Part shown: piece after piece, positions 57,301-64,000 of the stretch
Position numbering within the stretch: position 1 is the first letter of the stretch
Layout: each line of letters opens with the position of its first letter
Assembly: GCA_026936335.1 (NCBI GenBank)
Contig: JAPMXV010000036.1
Location: forward strand, 1-64,000
Direction: 5' to 3'
Origin: Mantamonas sphyraenae STR306
Lineage: Eukaryota > Protista > CRuMs
DNA: 64,000 nt
Position numbers and translations under genes: made by a program
Notes under the pieces: generated by a model
Seen by the model: the letters and a program-made list of their open reading frames with translations, nothing else
The model's database searches: none
What the model was told of the DNA's origin: nothing

Positions 57301-60300
57301 GCGTGTCACCAGGAACATGCGGAAGTCGTCGTGGTAGTCCACCACCTTGTCGCCCAGCTGCACCACCTTGCGCACGCCGGAAAACACGAGGTCGCGTCGC
57401 AGCAGTGGATACAGCATCGGATCCACCGCGTCCACCTCCTGCACAACCAGCGTCTCGCCAAACCGCACCGCAAGCTCCACCGTGTTCACAAAGCGCTCTG
57501 CCTGAGGTGTCGTCACCTTCACCTTGGCCCCTGCCAGATGTTCGATGAGCCACTGCGTCGCCTGCGTCGACGGATCGATGATGAGCGGCACCCTGTCCGG
57601 ATGCAGAATCACCACGCCGTTGTCCATGCTCAACTCGTCGCTGGGCAACCCCTCGGCCTTCCATTGCAGCTGCTCGCCCTCTGTCACCATGAAGCGGCGC
57701 AGGTCGAACGACGCAAGGCCCGTCATTTCCACCCATCGGCCAATGCACGCCACGCGTACCTCTTCTGCCTCGTCTGCAAGGTACGTCATGAATCCTGCCG
57801 CACACATGGCCTGGGAACTCAGCGAGTCAAGCACCGCCTGCAACTCTCCACTCTGCTGAACCCAGCGCACCTTTTCGCCGTCCAGCTTGCCCAGCAGGCT
57901 GCTTGCCTTTTCAATCACCTTTTCCGCGTCCTCCAGGTCCCTGCGCAGGTTTTCTGCCTCGCGCGTGCGCTGACCAAAGTCGTCCTTCAGCTTGGCCACC
58001 TTTTTGTCAAGCTTGGCCAGTTTCTCGTTCAACCGCGCCTGCGTCTCCTGCTTCTCATGTAGGTCGCCGCTCAACTGGTTCATCTCGTCCGTCAGCGGCT
58101 GGATCGACTCCAGCACAGCCGAGTACTCCACGTTGGCAACCACCCACGCGGCCATCGGTTCCGCTGCACGGCTCGACTGCTTGATCACAGACGGCTCAAA
58201 CGAGTCGCTGTTGTCCTGGATAAGCGCCTGTACGTTCTTGCGCGCCTTGGCACTGATGTTGGACGCCTCAAAGTTCATGATCGACGCCGTGGCGTCCGAC
58301 TTGTTCATGAAATTCTTGATGGCTTGCCACGACAGATCCTTCATGCCCATGAGCGTGAGCACAGCTTCCATCACGTTGCGCACGTGTTTCGGCGGCAGAC
58401 GCATAGAGCGAATCTCGTTGAGCTTGGCTCGGTCCAGCGCACCCACGGCCTCGCGTGCACTTGTGATCATCGGTTCGATTTTCTCCAGCTTCTTGGCAAT
58501 CACGCACGCTGTTCCTTGATCTCACCCGTGGCCTGTGCCAGCACCACATCCAGCTCCTGCACCTTTTTGCGTTGGCGTCCTGCCTTTTCCATGCTTGCTG
58601 TGATCTGGTCCAGTGCAGCGTCCGCCGCCTGCTGCTTCTCGGCAAGCTCCACCTTTTTCGTTTCTGCCTCGCTCGTCATGGCCGCCACCTGCTGCGCTGC
58701 ACTCTGCAGCACGTCCAAACCAGCCTTCAGATGGTTCAGCTGCTCCGTGTTGGCCGCGCGTTTCTCCTTGTACACCCGCTCGTGCGTGCGCAGAAAGTTG
58801 ACATAGTCTCGCGGCGTGGCGCCCGCCTGCTCGCTGTGGATCGTCATCATGTGATCCACCAGCGTGCGCGAACCCTCTTCGCCCAGCTCCTCAAACATTT
58901 CCGGCAACAGCAGAGGCGGCAGCGCGCGCATGCTCTCGCGCGTCCATGTGTCGAACCACTGGATGGCACACTTGGTGATCAGCGCAGGGTTGCGCTGGCA
59001 GCGTGCAAGGAACTCTTCGTTTGTCGGATCCATGCTGATCGCCACGTGCAAGTTGTTGTGCACACGCGCACGGAAGTACTCTGCAAGCGAGCCCGCAAAT
59101 CCGTCCTCCGACATCTGTTCGCGCAGTGGCTTTACAATCTGCTCAAACTCCTCGGCAGAGAACAGACCGGGCACCTCGCCCGCGCTCAACAGCGAGTTGA
59201 TGCTCTCCAGGAAGCTCTCGGCAACCAGGTTGTGGTCTTCCACAAGCAGCACCAGCTTCTCGCCCTCGGCACCGCCTGCACGCGCCATCAGCTGCTTCAG
59301 ATCCGTTCGGAAGGCCTTTGTATCGTAGCCGCGTGTCATGTGCAGCGGGCACATCTGCATGCCGTGCATGTGTGCTGCCACAGCAAGCGCGCTCTGGCGG
59401 CCCACGCCTGCACGGCCCACCAGCAGCACGGAGCCACCGGGCCTGCTGATCACGCGGTCGATCTGCGACACATGCTCCAGGATCTCGTCAAACACCACCA
59501 CGTTCAGCTTCTTGTGGTCGCGCTCGTACACTTCCACCGCCTTTTCCACCATGCGCTGGTAGTTGTCTGCCGAAATGCGCTCCATCATGGGTCCCATGGG
59601 GCCAACGTTGTCCGGCTGTGCCGCCGAGCTGAAGAAGCTCGCCTCGGCCTCGTGCTCCTCGACATAGTGCATTGGAGACGCCAGCAGGCCGTTCAGCACA
59701 GAGTCCAGACGATAGCGGCTGTTTTCGTCCACCAGCTTGTCCCGGAAGATGCGTTTGCCCTCGTTCAACGCCACCTCGACCAGGTTTTCCGTTTGCAGGT
59801 CGTAGCGCAGCAGGCCGAGCACCCACTGCGTCAAGTCTCGCGGCGTAAACACATAGTGTGCATGCGCATCCACAGAAAACTTGTCCTTGACATCCTGGTA
59901 CACGCCGACCATGCATTCGGCAAGCGCGGCCACATCCACCTGCACGTCCTGGCTGGCCAGCGCCGCACGCAGGAACGAGCTGTAAATCAATTGCAGCTGC
60001 TCGCGTGCAGGGTAGCTCATGAAGCACACACGCACCACAGACGTAAAACGTGTCGACAACGGGTGTCGCCCCAGGGTCGTCGCAGGGTTCATCGACGCAA
60101 CCACCTGCACACGCTCCAGCCCCACCCACTCCCGGTTCTCGTCGTAGTAGCCTTGGTACGTCACCACCTGCTGCAGAAACGCAACCAGCTCCACCGTCTC
60201 GTACTCGTCCGGCTTGGGCAGATTCAGGTCTTTCAGATACAACACGAGACGGTCTGCGCTGGGACGCAACACACGCCCGCTGTTTGTGTTGTACACTTGG

Positions 60301-63300
60301 CACGCAGAGTTCAACTTTTGAATCACATGTTCCGCTTGCGTCTGCGCCGAACAATGCACCGTCGCCACGCTGATGTTGCGCATGCTGCGGAAGCACTGCG
60401 TCAACAGCATCGTCTTGCCCGCTCCCTCCGGACCCACCAGGATGAACGGCTCCATACTCTCCATCCAAGGCTCGATGATGGCCATGGTGCGCTGCACGTC
60501 CACTGTGTTGAGCATCGGGTTGCTAAACAGCTGCTCAAACTCCAACTCGCTGTCGCTGTCGTGCTGCAGCACGCCCAGCCGGTCTGCGCGTGCGTCGTAG
60601 CACACATTCACCAGGCGTCGCGAGTCCGGCGGCCGTTCACCTGCAATTTCCAACACGTACTTGATAAAGTCATTGCGTGTGCTGTAGTCCAGGTTGCCTC
60701 CCAGCCCTCGAGCCAGTCCAGCCACAAATGCGCTCGAGCTGCGTGCTTCACGCAGGTGCGACAAACCGTTCAGCACCAGGCCCAGCTTTGTCGTGTCCAC
60801 CACAAATGCATCTGCGTTCCACACCCACTCCATCGCAGGCACAAACAGCTTCCCCATGAGCGGCTCGCACGCTGTGCGCACCTCCTCGTCTGCACGCGAC
60901 AGCCAGCCTGCAACAACCTTGTCCACAGACGCATCCTCCTCGCTCAAAAAGATCATACCCATGCGTGAGATGGTGGCCGGCGACGCAAACTTCAGGTTGT
61001 GCGTCTCAAAGATAAAGTTGACGTTCGGACCAAACGAGATGCGGTCGCCGTTGGGCATCGTCAACAGGCGGTTGTCGTCCAACACACTGTTCAGACTCTC
61101 CACCCACACGGGATCCACGTCGCCGTCGCAGATGATCCACGAGTGCACCTCGGGCGGCTCTGCGACAACCGACCGCGCACTGTTTGTCAGCACGCCATCC
61201 ACCCATTCACGCGTGTCGTAATCCATCTTGCCCAACAGTTGAGGACGAGGCATCGCCTTGGGATTCATCGTGTACGTCGGGATGCTGCGGCCCATCTTGG
61301 TGTACGCCAGACGCAGCACCCGCCAAATCGTGCTCTTGCCGCTTCCGCTGGGGCCCACAATCACACAGCCCATGCGCTGTCGACACGCTTCGTGGAACTG
61401 CAGGATCTTCCGGTACTGCGACTCCACAAACGCCAGTCCCAGCTCCTCCAGAGCTTCGCGGATGGCTGCTTCCAGGTCCTCGTACACGATTTCCTTGATG
61501 TCGATGTTGGGAAACACATCCTCCACGAGCGACTTGAACCGCCCTGCGTCTGCGTACGTCAGCTTGCTGAGCGTGTTGACGCGCAGCGCCTTCACCACAA
61601 GCTCGTTCTCTGCATTCGCACCCAATTCCTTGCCTGCGCCCTTTTCCGCCTGGATCAGGTTGCCAGCAAGGCTCAGAATCGACTTGAGGGCACGCAGGCC
61701 CCAATCATAGTGCTGCTGCGGCGACAGAAGCTGCTTTGACAGCGAAAACACAGAGACCAGGCGGTGGCCCAGCTCGCGTGCGTGCTGGAAGCCTTCGGAA
61801 AACAGGATTGTCTCTGCGATGAGCTCGATGTCCGGCGCACTCATCGCCACCGGACGGAACAGCTGCTTCAGGTTGTCCGGCAGCTTCGAACGTCCTCCAT
61901 ATCCCTTCCCTGCCGGGTTCATCGTCACGAAAATGGCAGCGTTGCTGTCCACCTCGATCACGCTGTCCAGCAGCTGCAGCGTCTCGTCGCGCGCCTTGAT
62001 GGCACCCTGGATCACTTGGATCTGTTGGGACACCGCACTCAACACATCTTCGTCCAGACGGTTAAACTCGTCGAAACAACCCCACGCGCCGCACTTGACC
62101 AGACCCGTAAAGATGCGGCCCATGCTCTTGAAATCGATGCCCTCGTCGCAGTTGAACACCAGCACCTGGCGTCCCATCGCGTTGCCCAGCGCCTTGACGC
62201 TCTCAGTCTTGCCTGTGCCTGCCGGGCCGTACGGGTTGCCTCCATACCCTTGGTGCATGCCCTGCGTCAGCGTCAGGTAACACTTGTCAGTGAGCGGCGT
62301 GTGCACAAGCTTGTTTGCGTTGCCCTGGTACTCGTATGTGTACTCAAACTCGGCGTCGCACATGCGCAGCACGCATTGGCCGTCCTGTCGCATGTAATAC
62401 CGCAGCTGCTTTTGCCAGGTCCACGCGTCCACACTGCGTGCACCTGCACGCTGCAGCTGTTCCACCACGTCGATGCTGTGGATGATGTCCAGCACAAGCG
62501 CCTTCTTCTTCAGATCCAGCACCTTGTCGTCGCCGCAGTCCAGCGACGTGTACATTTCCAGCCGCTTGTTCAGCTTGCCGTACAGCGCCTTGAGCGAGCC
62601 GTTGTGCAGGGCCTCCTCAGCTTGCGCGGTAAAGTCGATCTGCGCCGCCACATTCAGCAGCTGCGACGGGAACTGGTTCATGTCTTCCACGTTGGTGCAC
62701 TCCACGAGCAGATCCCGCATCGTGCGCTTCATCTCGTCCGACAGGTCCGACAACCAGCCCTCCACGTCGTGTGAGATGCCAACCGGGTTCGACAAAGGCA
62801 CAACCTCGCCCTGGAGGCTGCGCATGGCTACAATCTGCTGCTTGTTTTGCGAAAACTCCACTTGGTGGATGCCTGCAAACAGCTTGCGCAGGTGGTTCTG
62901 GATCACATCCGGGTTCTTTGCCTGGCCCAGAATCTCCAACAGGTCGTCGTCGCCAATGAAATAGAACCGCGGGAAGCGAGAGCGCTTCTCTTCCAGAAAC
63001 TCTGCCAGCGCCTGCTGGCATCGCTGCAGCTGGTCCAGGTCTCGCTCCAGGTCTTCTGCAATACGCGGGATGCGCGTCAGCTTGACCACCAGCTTGTCGT
63101 TGCGCACCACTTGCTCCATCACGTCGCGGTAGTGCGTGTCCACTCGGTCAAACCGCGACTTTTGTTCAGGCAGGGCACCGCGCGAGAAGATGGGCTCCAG
63201 GTACAGCCACTTGCGCTGGATAAGGTTCAACGTGCGCAGGTACTGGTCCAGTTTCGCAAGCGTGTCCTCCCACGCGTCTGCACTCGCCTTGTACTCGCTA

Positions 63301-64000
63301 ATGTACGGCGAGTCCATGATCGAATTCAGCACCACGCGGTTGTCCCCCACAGACGAGATCAAGTCCTTCCAGTCGCGGATGATAAACATCTGCTGGCTCT
63401 CGTTGTCAAAAATGTGTTCCTTCAGCGAAAACTCGGTTGTCTGGCCCCACCGTTCCATGTCTTCGATCGACTCGGCGATTGCACGCTCACCCAGCGCCCT
63501 CGAGTTCAGCTCCTTCAGCGCCTTGTGGTGTTCAATCAGCTTGTCCATGCGGTCCAAGATGTGCTGGAAGCGCAGGTCCTCCACGCGCATCGACGTGTCC
63601 ATGCCCAGCAGTTTGAAAGCGTCCAGCCAGTGGCTGCGCTTAAAGTCGTCGCCGCTCACATACTTCAGGTAGTCGAAGCCCTCGCGGAACGCAGTCAGCT
63701 CCCGCATGATGTGCAGCGCCACTGTGTCGTGTTGTTGCTGCTGCTGCGGCTGCGTGGCCTTGCGCTCCTTCAGCTTGGCCATCCAATCAGCCACAAAATC
63801 CTTGAACGTGTGCATGTTGCGCCTGAACGAGATCCACTCCTGGCCCGCCATGTCTTCCATGTCTGCAATGTACGCTTCGTACAGCTGCCACTGCGTCTCG
63901 TACGCGCTCAGTTCGTCTCCAATGCGCTCCAGTTCCGGGAATGACGGCACGGGCATGCTAAAGTGCTCGCAGTCCTGCATGATCTGCTTGCCCGCCTGCT
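54371..64000 (-). CDS. DYNC2H1: Cytoplasmic dynein-2 heavy chain (IFT dynein), 5' part outside the window; two one-base frame breaks at ~58503 and ~56595
   Basis: GPAGTGKTESVK, WGCFDEFNRL, FVTMNPAGKGYGGRSKLPDNLKQLFRPVAM, GPEGAGKT, LYLKDLNLPKPDEYETVELVAFLQQVVTYQGYYDENREWVGLE, GRAGVGR. Three consecutive ORFs are colinear with the dynein-2 domain order. Confidence 0.96.

Noticed and set aside
58509-58525. Possible 17-nt micro-intron (GTGAGA...AACAG) that would restore the DYNC2H1 frame
   Set aside because: It is far shorter than all other introns (67 nt or more), has no branch motif, and would shorten the length-constrained stalk by 6 residues relative to a single-base repair.
1-64000. Alternative genetic code, stop read-through or U12 introns
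   Set aside because: TAA, TAG and TGA all terminate genes at expected positions, conserved motifs translate correctly in the standard code, and no AT-AC or GTATCCT donors were found.
1-64000. tRNA, rRNA, CRISPR arrays or transposons
   Set aside because: None recognisable by eye, and intergenic space is minimal. Small intronic ncRNAs cannot be excluded without a covariance-model search.
54371-64000. Calling DYNC2H1 or CDT2 pseudogenes because of frame breaks
   Set aside because: All catalytic and structural motifs are intact on both sides of each break with no other decay.

Overview
This window is the left end of a chromosome from a flagellated, GC-rich unicellular eukaryote with an extremely compact genome; the species cannot be identified from the sequence. 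It starts with a (CCCTAA)n telomere (1-243), followed by 18 protein-coding genes with intergenic gaps mostly of 12-110 bp. I reconstructed 24 short GT-AG introns by hand, and each restores the reading frame. Recognisable genes are dynein-2 intermediate chain WDR60/DYNC2I1, BBS5, a divergent DNAH1-like axonemal dynein heavy chain, Enhancer of polycomb (EPC/EPL1), exocyst Sec5/EXOC2, cytosolic MetRS with a GST-like N-domain, CHMP5/Vps60, CDT2/DTL, a CCA-adding enzyme, and the C-terminal ~3200 aa of dynein-2 heavy chain DYNC2H1. Several orphan or unusual-architecture proteins are also present. Most notable observations: (1) the full-length axonemal dynein has degenerate AAA1 catalytic residues (candidate pseudo-motor); (2) four single-base frame breaks cluster in 47.8-58.5 kb, three of them in conserved genes (most likely consensus errors, recoding not excluded); (3) the telomere-adjacent orphan gene is built from four copies of an unrecognised ~180-aa module; (4) a protein with eight LRR+LRRcap modules is fused to a multi-pass membrane domain; (5) strong C/G strand skew depends on position rather than gene orientation; (6) an E2F-like palindrome cluster lies upstream of CDT2; (7) same-strand genes abut or overlap. 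All homology calls come from motif recognition, not database searches.
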